Of a stretch of DNA of 64,000 nt, positions 40,301-50,942 are shown in pieces. This DNA is from Paraspadella gotoi (Eukaryota > Animalia > Chaetognatha): contig CM119263.1 of assembly GCA_051294375.1 (NCBI GenBank), forward strand, positions 16,486,308 through 16,550,307, read 5' to 3'. Each line of letters starts with the position of its first letter. The first letter of the stretch is position 1. The translations under genes were made by a program, and so were the position numbers. The notes beneath the pieces were generated by a model. That model ran no database searches and was not told where the DNA came from. It was given only the letters and a program-made list of their open reading frames with translations.

Positions 40301-42396
40301 CCCTCTCTTCCACCCCGGCCACCCCCGGAGAACCGACGGGGCGATTGCCGACCGTGTCGGGAAACTGAGTTAACGATATGCGCGCGAATATGCAAATGAA
40401 AACGTTCGACCTCGCCACTCCGACGGCGCATGGTTTTCCTCCAACTACCAGGCGTGAAGAAAGAATACATTTCGGCTCTCTCTCTATCTTTCTTTCGCTC
40501 TTTCGAGCTCTCGTTCTCTTTTCTTTTCATATCGCGGGAAAAAAGAACTGGGTTAACGCGAGTTCTGCGTGGCGCTGGAAGCAAAACCGACGCTGAAACG
40601 ACGGGATGTCGTTTCGAGCGGCCAGAGCGGATTCCCCAGAAGGTTCCAGGTTCGCATCCGGGAACGCGCATGACAGAAAGGGAATTCTCTCATTGTCAAA
40701 ATCACCGATTAAGGGTATCTTAATCATTGAAATTCGTGGTCCGACAACAACAACGACAACAAAATCGACTACGACAGCAACCGGGGATCCGAACGGAGCT
40801 CAGGTGGCACTTAGGGAGTCTAACGTTGGGTGCCGGGACAGGTGCCGAGACGGGTGCCGGGACGGATGGCGCTCGTGCGCCGACCTCGAATTCAATTTAG
40901 ATGGAAGCAAAGAAATTAATGATTAAATCGCTTAATTAGACGATTGAGTCTGGTGAGTAATGGATCCATTTAAAACTAATCTCGTTGATAGAAAAATGAA
41001 CAAACAAAAAAAAAAACAGGTTTTGAATTAAAAAAAGCTAACCATCGATATATTTTCTGCACAATGCACATTTTTGGATCAAGCGAATCTGCAAGAATAT
41101 ACTCCGAATACCAAACCATTTGTCCGCAATCCTTTTGCCTTGTCCTTGCGACATTGCAATCCCTCTTCCTCTTCTCTCAATTCCTCCCCTCCCCGACCGA
41201 AATCCACTCTTCCTCCCTCCCTTCCTCCCTCACCTCAACTGGGCCAAGCTCCAAATAAGCCTCTCCCTCTCCCTCTCTCCCGCTGTGAGGGACTCAGTGA
41301 TGGATGTGAGTTCCTTCTTCACCGCCAGACTTCGCTCCACGGTCTCCGTCGGCGCTTGTCCGGCTTGGAGGCTCTGATTGATGTTCCTGGAGGAAATAGC
41401 AAAGCGGAAATGCGATCTGAGGAGAGGGGGGCATTTCTTTCGGTGGATAATATTTAATTGTTATTAAATCTATGGACGAGCCATTTGTTTTTATTTATAG
41501 TACGATTTTGTGATATGGTTTGTCTTCTTGTTTTTATTTTTTTATTGTTTTTTACGACTATACGACTATTAGAAAACTATTAGAAAACTATTTCCAGAAG
41601 ACAACACTAATATCACTGTGATGCCTGGGGTGTGAGGCTTCTCCGGAGAGATGACGCTCAGGGGTTTGGACCTGCAGTGACCACTGGCGTGTTTATACCG
41701 ACACCATCGTGACCGTGAGGGGATTGAATCAGGAACTCACGGGTGGTGAATGAGTACTTAGCTGTCCAAGCCAATGGGGCGGGCTGAGTTTCACCAAGAT
41801 ATACGGGAGGCGAATTTAGGATTCACCACAATACTTTATATAAGGAATATAATTAAATCTAATATATAGTGAAATTTATTAAATTTTTACATTTAAAATT
41901 TTAAAGTCTATTTCAGTAAAACAAGTAATCGGCCTTTCCCAATTTCATCTTAAGTTTTTTACCCTGACCCGCCTTACCGGAGCGCCTGCACTCCTCTCTC
42001 TTTGGAGTCCATCTCGTGGTTGATCTCCATCAACTCCGTCTTCAATCGATCGTGGCGCTGTTTGGCAGCGACGATCTCCGAACGCAGCGCCGAAACGTCA
42101 AAGTTGGTTCTCGGCGGCGCGGTGTGGGCGTGGCAGGAGATCTGGGCGGAGGGATGCGTTGAAGCGTCTTCGGAGAATGGAAATAGAGGGTCGGACGAAT
42201 GGACGGACGAGGGAGTTGGAAACGAAAAGTCGGAGCCCTGGTATTCGGTCGGTATTCTCATGGTTCGTCTCTCGTCATCAGTTGCAACGTCATGCGGTGA
42301 TCTCTGTATCATTGAGACGATAAATTGTTTCAAAAATTATAAAGTTAAAAAGAATAAAAATAAAAAGAAAGAAAGAAAGAAAGAAAGAAAGAAAAA

Positions 42397-42472
<76 letters not shown>

Positions 42473-42890
42473 AAAAAAAAGAAAGAAATGAACACCGATC
42501 GATCGACCTGACTATAATGACATAGAGCATCTTGCGCCCTCTTGAGTTCCTCTTCCGCGAGAGCGAGTCGCTGTTGTTTGAGGTTCCTGATTTGCTTTTT
42601 GGCTTCTAAATCTTCTTGCGCCGTCCGCAAGTATCCCCTGAGCATCGATTCCTGCTGCTGACGCCACAAAAGGCGGGGATCGTCTACTTGCGTCGATTCT
42701 AAAACGTGAATATAAAAACCAAAAAAATATGAATAAAAGAAAATCGGTAATTATTTTAAAAATTCTAACAAAAAACTAACGAGTTTTATGATCGACAAAG
42801 TAGGTCCCCACTTTTGGATCAAAACATTCTTCCCAGCCGACGGGCAATTCATTTCCAGTGCAATCAGAAAACGTGTTTGGTTTCGTTTGT
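27351..42890 (-). CDS. kibra: KIBRA / WWC-family WW and C2 domain-containing protein (Hippo pathway scaffold); 28-exon model, 5'-incomplete (WW1 exon not located)
   Basis: Manual splicing of GT-AG exons with matching phases gives KIBRA motifs in the correct order: WW2 (ELPVGWEECFDPKVGTYFVDHKT), DPRLLWRQQQESMLRGYL, LRSEIVAAKQRHDRLK, IASQTD, EKDRIQLVLEKEALLKEL, SLSASTLSLSSG, C2, SSDESTINSSQTSTLTRNQG, DVGTNTE, VRRSKTF...CKLNRSDSD...ERKSIR, RTPLDLEVDL, LPSWFDERF, FRKKMDFLT. Stop TGA at 27351-27353. Confidence 0.95.
28031..28212 (-). CDS. kibra: KIBRA exon: canonical C-terminal motif plus extension
   Basis: KKMDFLTSSHSLLPVLPAPEIEP...NAFF|gtgaga; phase 2 to 1. Confidence 0.88.
28291..28396 (-). 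CDS. kibra: KIBRA exon
   Basis: ELMTKEDERVEKMLRQATKFRKKFGKYGNDPVAFR; phase 1 to 2. Confidence 0.88.
28524..28613 (-). CDS. kibra: KIBRA exon (alternative donor at 28530)
   Basis: GETSLPSWFDERFQSTLADLNREITRIDGE; phase 1 to 1. Confidence 0.9.
28824..28971 (-). CDS. kibra: KIBRA exon: C-terminal coiled coil
   Basis: TPRTPLDLEVDLLTCQERLQRLHHEIQSLKEIKRRVEDCKARG; phase 0 to 1. Confidence 0.95.
29134..29317. repeat. 70-bp direct duplication separated by (GAATAT)n
   Basis: Identical units at 29134-29203 and 29248-29317. Confidence 0.92.
29323..29487 (-). CDS. kibra: KIBRA exon: linker
   Basis: QSPLAGGRPFLHRYSPSG...ALSGRG|gtgagt; 165 nt, phase 0 to 0; weaker AAG acceptor. Confidence 0.7.
29881..30068 (-). 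CDS. kibra: KIBRA exon: aPKC-binding region
   Basis: KVRRSKTFTT...HLCKLNRSDSDGAVAIYRRNQFHRNAVERKSIRGQK; phase 1 to 0. Confidence 0.95.
30346..30505 (-). CDS. kibra: KIBRA exon: LC8-binding TNT motif
   Basis: ...VEMVDVGTNTEGQF... (compare human KIBRA VDKETNTE); phase 0 to 1. Confidence 0.87.
30640..30837 (-). CDS. kibra: KIBRA exon: acidic tract
   Basis: RFLGPQPAEAP...NDDDDDDDDDYADDDESDDPEN...ANLL|gtatgt; 198 nt, phase 0 to 0. Confidence 0.8.
31281..31438 (-). CDS. kibra: KIBRA exon: acidic tract
   Basis: GNDAMMAEGNDSDDVDDDDNDDDEEEDEEEN...SSELR|gtgaga; phase 1 to 0. Confidence 0.8.
31931..32305 (-). CDS. kibra: KIBRA exon: conserved SSDEST-SSQTSTLTRN motif
   Basis: ...ETSSDESTINSSQTSTLTRNQG|gtgagg; phase 1 to 1. 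Confidence 0.88.
33103..33471 (-). CDS. kibra: KIBRA exon: end of C2 domain and Thr/Pro-rich segment; 1-nt frameshift near 33439
   Basis: GVCEIFLSELD, then after a one-base frame change LRSKELFSWFRLHP. The 369-nt length is one base short of the 3n+1 its neighbours require. Confidence 0.8.
33854..34144 (-). CDS. kibra: KIBRA exon: C2 domain with poly-Gly insertion
   Basis: NETILGSFATRDV...FEAETFEF...EIRRCRLDLALRHSSDEAEGVL|gtgaga; 291 nt, phase 0 to 0. Confidence 0.82.
34473..34659 (-). CDS. kibra: KIBRA exon: C2 domain (alternative in-frame donor at 34515)
   Basis: QFDFAILTVAFHRCRHLETL...RVSARGRLVT...; phase 2 to 0. Confidence 0.78.
34793..34971 (-). CDS. kibra: KIBRA exon: start of C2 domain
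   Basis: ...EWEKKAEIQISL|gtgaga; phase 0 to 2. Confidence 0.82.
35183..35511 (-). CDS. kibra: KIBRA exon: Pro-rich, contains LPPPY
   Basis: GPAFDPRFRHVYSEFEQ...FDLPPPYPSH...VTSLQ; phase 1 to 0. Confidence 0.8.
35619..35976 (-). CDS. kibra: KIBRA exon: Pro/Ser-rich, contains LPPPY
   Basis: Open frame between ttcag and gtttgt; phase 0 to 1, compatible with both neighbours. Confidence 0.8.
36125..36360 (-). CDS. kibra: KIBRA exon: SPxSSLS and PPSY region
   Basis: SSPHSSLSSLSSAPLSPYELGPPPSYQEQ...; phase 1 to 0. Confidence 0.88.
37165..37229 (-). CDS. kibra: KIBRA exon (65 nt)
   Basis: LEKTLRASNSIPVIQEQTGNL|gtaatt; needed to bridge phase 2 to phase 1. Confidence 0.8.
37599..37766 (-). CDS. kibra: KIBRA exon: Ser-rich region
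   Basis: SLSASTLSLSSGGSGSSSLGSSLASLRS...QLPELQR; phase 2 to 2. Confidence 0.9.
38212..38413 (-). CDS. kibra: KIBRA exon: coiled coil
   Basis: LMEDISRLATDLEAAKQKTQTAILHRAKLQAEKKTILKNLVASTKQMNYLETQLR; phase 1 to 2. Confidence 0.92.
38469..39304 (-). mobile_element. Internally deleted Tc1/mariner DNA transposon in a kibra intron
   Basis: 22-bp TIRs (CACATCTGGTCAAAAAAAGTTT vs reverse-complemented CAGATGTAGTCAAAAAAAGTTT, 3 mismatches), TA at 38467-38468 and 39305-39306, and an internal decayed transposase. Confidence 0.9.
38548..39145 (-). pseudogene. Tc1-family transposase pseudogene (stops, frameshifts, central deletion)
   Basis: N-terminal METSKQLTPTKK...KIAKQLN / YKVINKFKTNG...RSRQPCMSTESED. 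Catalytic region GHKAKKNQKWYEKNRIEVLEG*PENLPDYNIIKNIWSRIKK (cf. WP-SPDLNPIENLW). C-terminal IWLLLNPSYLRNFYDSFPRYIDVVQEANGGPIIY*. Confidence 0.88.
39319..39374. repeat. (CATA)n microsatellite (another at ~37332-37374)
   Basis: Direct observation. Confidence 0.95.
39408..39549 (-). CDS. kibra: KIBRA exon: coiled coil
   Basis: VQELQIRLARIEEQMSPGQMEGEKDRIQLVLEKEALLKELHARMADK; phase 0 to 1. Confidence 0.92.
39623..39730 (-). CDS. kibra: KIBRA exon: LC8-binding SQT motif
   Basis: PSIASQTDLAGEFIPSSAQLADMARMRFQYDETRSQ; phase 0 to 0. Confidence 0.9.
39798..39990 (-). CDS. kibra: KIBRA exon: Gly/Ala-rich linker
   Basis: cag|...DEFFLRSMSSGLNS...AAAAAAAQK|gtgagc; phase 2 to 0. Confidence 0.85.
41234..41386 (-). 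CDS. kibra: KIBRA exon: coiled coil
   Basis: NINQSLQAGQAPTETVERSLAVKKELTSITESLTAGERERERLIWSLAQL|gtgagg; phase 2 to 2. Confidence 0.9.
41555..41784 (-). mobile_element. tRNA-derived SINE-like element (decayed) in a kibra intron
   Basis: Minus strand has A-box-like TGGCTTGGACAG (41762-41773) and B-box-like GATTCAATCCC (41720-41730) at tRNA spacing, a GC-richer body and a short tandem tail, all within AT-rich flanks. Confidence 0.5.
41978..42303 (-). CDS. kibra: KIBRA exon: coiled coil
   Basis: ...NFDVSALRSEIVAAKQRHDRLKTELMEINHEMDSKERGVQALR|gtaagg; the 5' boundary is less certain. Confidence 0.9.
42508..42698 (-). CDS. kibra: KIBRA exon: end of WW2 and first coiled coil
   Basis: QSTQVDDPRLLWRQQQESMLRGYLRTAQEDLEAKKQIRNLKQQRLALAEEEL...; phase 1 to 0. 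Confidence 0.93.
42781..42890 (-). CDS. kibra: KIBRA exon: second WW domain
   Basis: cag|...QTKPNTFSDCTGNELPVGWEECFDPKVGTYFVDHKT|gttagt; 110 nt, phase 2 to 1. Confidence 0.95.
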
Positions 42891-44172
42891 CTGAAAAAGA
42901 AAATAAAAAATACTTTTAAAGATTAATACTAAAAATGAAAAGCAAATAGCTAATCGGAGAACTTAAAAGGTTATTTCGTAATCAATAAGAAAAAGTCATA
43001 CATTGAAATTGATACATAAATGGCTCTTTTCCTTCTCCATAAAACTAAAAACTTAAAAGTTAACTTTGGGCGCAGGTTGGTCTTTTGTTTTTTGATAAAA
43101 ATGATTTTCATTCAGCTCTCCCACCTATAGGGACATTATGTAACTAACATAAAACAATTGCACACTCTATTTTATTACTTATTAAATTTTAAAAATTTAT
43201 TAAACTAAAGAGAAAAAATCCTTGCATTATACATAGTTCAGAAACAAAATTAACTGATAAAATTCTTGTTAAAAAGACTAAAATGTTTATGATGCTCTGA
43301 AATTAACGGTTTTATAGCTAAATTACACTAAAATATTTTACCAATTTATTAGATTGTCAAAAAAATTAAATTAAGTTTAATTTTTCGTAGAAACAAATTA
43401 TTTCGCTAAGTAAATTTTATTATTTTTGATTGAGTTATTATTTATAAAATATTTATTAAGAGAAAAAAGGGTAGGAAAAACGGACCACCAACATATTTCG
43501 GGACAGAAGGACTCTTGCCTCCTTAGCACCCTCTGCAGTAGAAGCAGCAGCAACAGCTGCAGCATCAACCATAACAGCAGACACGGAGGTTGGACCCCAA
43601 AAGAAACCGGTGTTGACAGAGGATGCGAAATACCGGCGGACGGTGAGGGAAGAAGGAAACAAATTTGTAATGTTTTCTGAGAAAGTTTGTTTATTATATA
43701 GCTTTAATTATACAAATGAAGATAGTTTTTATTTCAATTTTAGTTGCAATTATATTTACTCATTCAATAATATGAATAAAAGATTCTGCTTCTAATTTTT
43801 GGTCTCTTCCAACTTTTAATTATTTCCTCTTCATTGTTGGATTGTAATTATTTTTTTTCACTCCAATTGAATTTTTTTAAAACTCGATAAGTCCTTTAAG
43901 TACTAGTATATATACTTCCAATTAACCGAAATATTTAAGAGTGGAAAGGATTGATATTCAAAAGAAATCAACCAGCGTCGTCTGAATTATTTGTAATTGT
44001 ATGGCACAAGTTGGCGGCGAGTGAATGAAAAGTGTGACCCACTGAAAGGACGGGAGAAAGGATCAAAAGAAAAAAGGAAGAATGGAAAAAAAAGGGAGAA
44101 TATAGACAGAGAGGAAGAGGAATTGTCGGTTTTCGAGGGGATGGACTGGTAGTTATTATTTGGGTTTAGCGA

Positions 44173-44263
<91 letters not shown>

Positions 44264-44618
44264 GAATCGAGAGTCTCTTATTTTGATTATAAAATTCAAA
44301 TGAATCGAATGTTACTAAGTTTAAATTAGAATCAATGCCACACTTACAATTGAACATATTCGTCTTCCAAAGTTTTACAATGGATACCCGAAGCCTTTTT
44401 GATGGCATGAGAGAAAATGGGATGTTCCCTTGTCACACAAAAAGTGTTTTAGAGAAAGGTTTCCAGTTCTGATCAAAAGTCGCCAGATCGATTAAAATGA
44501 CATGAATTTGGAAATAATCGAGTCTTATTATACAGTCCATTTTCCTTGTTTAAGGCAGAGAACATTTTGGGCGGCGGGAGACCTTTGTCTCCCACCAGCT
44601 GTGAGAGTGAGTGAGCGC

Positions 44619-44691
<73 letters not shown>

Positions 44692-44869
44692 CCAAGAAAA
44701 CAAAGTGACGTTCCTGGGCCACCAAATTTTATTGACTATAAAACTAAGAACAAATCATAACGAAGGGATACTAAATCAATGCATCGCCAGATACGACGTT
44801 TAAGGACTGCGAATTAACTATCTGTTGTTAAAATAACCTCTTGTGTTTACAGGGGAAGAGAGAGAGAGA

Positions 44870-44926
<57 letters not shown>

Positions 44927-46257
44927 TGTGAAACTGAATAGACCTAAAATACATCAGTTCAAATCACAAATTAAATTTATCTTACAAAAATCAAGGATGT
45001 TATCATAAGAGAGTCAAAATAAGCCGGCGCAATTTTGATGCCCGAGTCAAAAGTTAAAAGACGAATTTTTTTCTTCTTTCGTGAACCAAAACAAAAGCTA
45101 AATATCAAATTTTTAGAATTCGGGGGTTCAAATGTGGCGAAGTTAAAAGTTCAAATGCAAACAAAATGTTGATTGGTGTTGTGCGTTGCGTGTTATAAAA
45201 CATGAAGGTTTAATGATGCACTCCTAGTGCAGATCGTCTGGGCGTACGAAGCGGAATCTTGTAAACTAAAGAAATACACGGAGAGATACGAGTCTGTCGA
45301 AAGCCAGAAGGCAAGCATTCATATTGGTTTAGTAGGCTTACCAATTTCATTGCTTAGATACTTATAAATGTTTATCACGTTGAAAGTAGTAATAAGAAAC
45401 GGTGTGATAATCATTCTTCAAGAATTCAGCCGATTTGTCTTAAAATGGAAAAACATTTAGGGAGTCCGAACAGTCGTATTCGTCGTCGTCGTCGTCGTCG
45501 TCGTGATCGTCGAGGAAACGCCGGCATTTATTCTCGTCGAAAAATCAATCGCATTCGGAAATTTTGGTAAATATTTCTCAAATTTTTTACTAATTATACG
45601 AAAAGAAATAAGCCTTCTATATGTATAATTTAAGTTAAATGCTAAAATTTAACAAAAAACAAAAAAACCTCAGCAACGCATATCGCATAGCTCATACTAT
45701 TTGTGGTCCTGCGTTACCAAGACAACCGCACGGAGGAAAAAGAGTCAATAAGAGGACACCATTAAAAAGCCATTGTTACGATTCTTACTCCTCTCTTCCT
45801 TTCATCTCTTTCGACCCTCGCTCTCCCGCTAACTCTCTTTTATGTCTTCCCTTCTCTCCTCTTCCTTCGTCCATCCCTCTCCCCTTCCTCCCTCTCTCCC
45901 TCTCCTCTTCCTCCCTCCCTTCTTCCTCGACCGAAACTAAAGAAAAAAAAGGAGAAACTTTAATCGATGTAAAATCGACGGTTTTCTTTGAAAGCGTCCC
46001 TCTCTCTCTTTTTTACTGGGTGTTTACTCTATAGATTTTTGTGACTATAAAAAAAAAAGAAGAAAAAAAAACGCAATAAAAGCTTTCTCCAAAAAAAAAA
46101 AAAAAAAGAAAAAAGAAAAAGGGACGAAAAATCCTTGAAAACGACGTAAAGAAAACCGTTTTAATGTGAACGAGTGAGACTTGCGCCCTTTTCAAGTTTA
46201 GGTGAACGGTTTATCGCGCTATTTTTCTTCAACCACATTCTTATTCATTCATTTTAT

Positions 46258-46297
<40 letters not shown>

Positions 46298-46300
46298 TCT

Positions 46301-46347
<47 letters not shown>

Positions 46348-47230
46348 AGTCCGTCGGACCGACGCCAGTCTCTTCAAGGGAAGCGTCTGAGACCCGAAGG
46401 TGTTTATCATCTCGAAGGTGGCGGGAAAATTTCTTTTCGGTTCCCCCCCATCTCACCCACCTACCCACTCATCTCTGCCCCCTCTTTCGCCGATTTGCGC
46501 CCCTTCACTTCAAGTGGCTTCGATTCTCCAAACCCTTACCTTTCCGTTCACTTCCCCTTCGATCTTTTCGCCATCCGCAAAACCGATTCGAAGAGGTGAG
46601 GCAAGGTCTCTCTAGTGACCATAATTCCGAAACGATAATTTCTCGTGATATCCTCTCACTTTACGCTCCCCTTCACTCCTTTCAACCTCACGCCCCCATT
46701 TTTTTCCTCTTCTCATCACCGGCGATTTCTCGCTCCGTTCCCATCGTTAGTTACACTCCGTAATTTTTCTTCTCCCACTTTTAAGTCAAAAACACATTTT
46801 CTCTCCTTTTTTTGTGTGTGTTGAAAAAAAAAACTTATAAAGAAAGAGGAGGAAGAGGAGGAGGAGGAGGAGGAGGAGGAGGAATTGGAAATGCGGTGGG
46901 AGGAGAGGAGGGGGAAAAAAGGTGGTTAGGAGATTCGAGGAAAACTATGAACTATTATTGAAAAATCTCATTTAGTAATCTCATTTATGTAATATCTACA
47001 TGTATTTTTTTTATTTCTTTCTCTCTCTCTTTTTTTCTTTTCTTATTTTTCTTCCTTTCTTTTTCCGTCATACTTTTCCCGCCGAAAGGAATTTCGCTTT
47101 ACCCAAATTTCAAGGACGTCTCTTCGCAACTTTTCTTCGTAAAAGTCAGAGAAAATAGATCATTAACTAGCGAACTCGTTCAGTCAATCGGGGAAGGGAG
47201 ATGCTCACTGGGGAGGTGGAATGAAGCGGC

Positions 47231-47290
<60 letters not shown>

Positions 47291-48190
47291 TCTTAAAGAA
47301 AAACATGTCTTTTTATTTTTTATTCTCTTCGATCGCGATCGATTTTGATCGGCGGAGATTAACACAACTTTTTTCCCCGTTTCCGAAATCCGAAATCCCA
47401 GAGCAGAAGTAAAGATCGGAAATCAGAAAAGTTGGAACGACGTTTCCGATTTTAGAAACTCGTTGTCTCCCAAATTCGCGATTCGAATAATAGATTCGGG
47501 AGCGCGGAGGAGTTGTCGTCTCTCGCCCGCCACTGTTGGGTCGGAAACGCGAGCCGTTGTTCGCTTGGACTCTGAAACTGTCAATTTGTGATAATTGATT
47601 AATCTTTTTTTAGGGCAATCAAAAAAAAAAGATATAACCGGAAATTGCGCAACTACCAACAGCTTTCTGTGGCATTCCGTTTTATACATTGTACGAATTA
47701 CTCGCAGACGATTTTCCGTACCAACCTCCCACGGATATGAAGGCTAAATACAGTTAAGGTTTTCCTCGGCGAATGCTTAACATTCTCAATGATATTCTCA
47801 TTGGCAGAGGGGGGGGGGTGAAACGTGGTGGACCTTGTTTGGGTGGAAAGATCCGAAGGGTGGAAGAACTCTCTCTCTCAAATAGAGAACAAATGTTGAT
47901 TATTTTGGGGGTTGGCGCACTTAAAAATAACAAATGTTGGCGGGGCTGATCTTTTGGGGGGGTTATGGACGTCTCGGGTTGACGGTTTTGGGGTTGATCA
48001 AAAATAGGTTGGATGGGAAAAGCAGGAGTGACAATGATAATTTCAGAAACGAAAACAAATTGATTCCGGAGAATTTATAATTGGATATTGAACACGAACA
48101 GGTGAAGCAATTTCCTATTGTCATATACTCAAAAGTGGCATTTGCATGAAACCCTCAATTACTGTATAAAAGAGAGAGGATGCTAGGGTG

Positions 48191-48269
<79 letters not shown>

Positions 48270-48629
48270 TATATATAAAGGGGGTTCGTTCTCAGTTCGG
48301 CGAATCGACATCACAGGATGAGGCTTTTTGATCTCGTCTCGAATTTCCTGATAAAAATCCCGAAAACAATTCGTATTTCCCTCCTCCTCGACCTTCTTTT
48401 TCTCTCCTCGCCTCCTCCTCCTCTTCTTCCTCCTTTCACTCTCCTTTTCCCCTCCACCCTCTATTCTTCCTCTTCCTCTCACCCTCTCTTCCCTTTTTAA
48501 ATCTTTTCTTTCTCCATCTCGTTCACCCACCTGCTCCTCGAATCGACTTATCCCTCTCTCTCTCTCTCTCTCTTTCCTTTTTTCCTTCTTCTCTCTCTCT
48601 CTCCTCTCTCCTCTCTCTCTCTTCTCTCT

Positions 48630-48669
<40 letters not shown>

Positions 48670-48802
48670 CTTCTTTCTCTTTAAGTTTGTTAGTGATATA
48701 CTATTTTTCCTTATCTCTTTTTTCTTTAGTTCTTTTTCTTTCTTTTCTTCTTTTTTAATTTCTTTTTTCTTTCTTCCTTTTTTTTCTCTCTTTCAAACTT
48801 TT

Positions 48803-48898
<96 letters not shown>

Positions 48899-48900
48899 TC
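48803..48900. repeat. (TTTC)n microsatellite (others at ~42365-42475 and ~52091-52175)
   Basis: Direct observation. Confidence 0.95.
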
Positions 48901-50812
48901 AATTTCTCATTAAATTTACAGCGCCCATCTCGACATTAAACTTAAAATCCCAATCATCTTTATTCAGAATTCCATCTTTGGACCAAGCACGAGATCTGCC
49001 CCCCCCCCTCTCCCCCTCCGCCATTATCTTCCGTACTACCGTCTTTTCTCTAAGGCGCCGAGGCTAATTTTCGGGCGTCGAGAGTAAAAATAGCTGACAC
49101 GAAATTCAAATACGAAATCTCTCGTTGAACATTCGAGATTCAATTCCAATTAAATGGACGATTTAACTTCAAACGGCCAAATTTTTTTTTTTCATTTGCG
49201 AGTATTTTGACTAACATTTTATCCCGAGCTGCCTGAACTTTCAAACCAAAGATTTACGGACGTCAAATTGAAAACTTAAACGCGACTTACTTTAAGGGTC
49301 AAAATCACCACTTCGCGTGACTTAAAAAAAAAAAAGAAAGGAAACTGTAACTAGTTTGTCCAAGAAGCTTTCCTTGTCCGAATCCGGAGCTAAAAATAAG
49401 TCTGAAACGTAGACGTAAAAAAAAAAGTAGATATGTAACTTCGTGTTTCTGGGAAAAAAGGTCGAAGAGGAGGATGGGACGCTTGGTTCTTTTTTTGGTT
49501 TCGGTATCAGGGAAAGATGATCATTTGTCTCGAAAAAAAAAAAGCCACAAGTTTTTTTCCCCCCTTCGTCTCTCCATTCCTCTTGAGAATTTTTTTTTTC
49601 GGTACATCCGTCCTTTAGTCTGAGCCTACCTTAGCCTTAGTACCGTCCAATTTAAAAAAAGAATAACAGGATTTTGTTGCGATTTATTATATTTTATTGC
49701 TGTCGGAAATTATTGCGCACTTTCTTCCATGGGGTGTTTAGATTGATAACTGCCCTTACTCGCCCACCGCTGCCCGTCAATGCCCTCTTTCCATCGCCGC
49801 GCGCCCGCTCCTGTCTCCGCCTCTGTCCTTGTCATCGGAGGTTGATTACAAAAAAATGAAAAGGAAAAAAAAAAAGGTTTTAGTTTTCCGTTCGTCTGCG
49901 TCTGACATTTTACAGTCGAGACGCCGTCAGAGTTAAACAATCTGAGAGACTACAGATGCGGTACCGCTCTAAAGAAAGCAACCTGAGATTCGATTCCAGT
50001 CGAACGATTCCATCGCTGCGGAATCGACAGAAAGAAGGATCGATGAACGAGTAAAAATTCCCCATGACCCTTATAAATTGGAAGACCGAGAAGGTCGCCC
50101 ATCTGTAAGACGCGAGCCGGCCGGAGAAGAAGAAGCAACAGCCTCATCCTGAACGAACATACGTCCGTTTTATTTTTCTTTTTCGGGTAAGTAAGCCGGC
50201 CGCTGGATTATATGCAGCGGCCGTCTCTCCCGATCCTCCGCAGGCGCTCGCAGCAGCCGCGGCGACTATATAGCGTCTCAGGTCAGGCTGCTGCCGTCAC
50301 ACGAAAAATCATCTGCTGCGGTAAACCTCAGCACCCTGAGGAGTACCTCTCTCTCTTTCTCTGTCTCGCTCTCGCTCTCTCTCCTCTTCTTCCTGTTTCC
50401 TCCTTTTTTCCACTCTCTTCCTTCATCAAAACCTCAGTCTCTACTTCTCCGTTTCCTCTCACCTCCACGCACTCAGATCTTATTTTCATTCTATTTTTTT
50501 TTCTTTCATTCCCTCAAACTCTGCTTTCTTATCTGTCTCTATTTTTTTCCATGCTCCTTTCTTAACTCCTGACGCTATCACCCTTCAACCTCCACCGAGC
50601 CCTTTCTACGCCCACCCCGCAAGGCACGCAAGGCAGCTTTAAAAAAAAAAACCCACTTCCGGCGTCGGCCCGTAATTATTTATTAATTATGTTTTTTCTT
50701 GTCTTTCCGTGTTCCGTCGTCTTTTCCGGTTCAAGAAAGGGCATCCGACTTTTTTTTAAATCAAAAACCGGCAATCATTTTTCAAAAAATAAAAAAAAAA
50801 CGAAACACATTT

Positions 50813-50903
<91 letters not shown>

Positions 50904-50942
50904 TATAGAAGATAGATAGATAAATAGATAGATATATAGATA
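50813..50942. repeat. (GATA)n microsatellite
   Basis: Direct observation. Confidence 0.95.

Noticed and set aside
40222-40926. Dense overlapping ORFs inside a kibra intron
   Set aside because: Explained by locally high GC and a 12-bp mini-repeat; no homology recognised and no phase-compatible exon.
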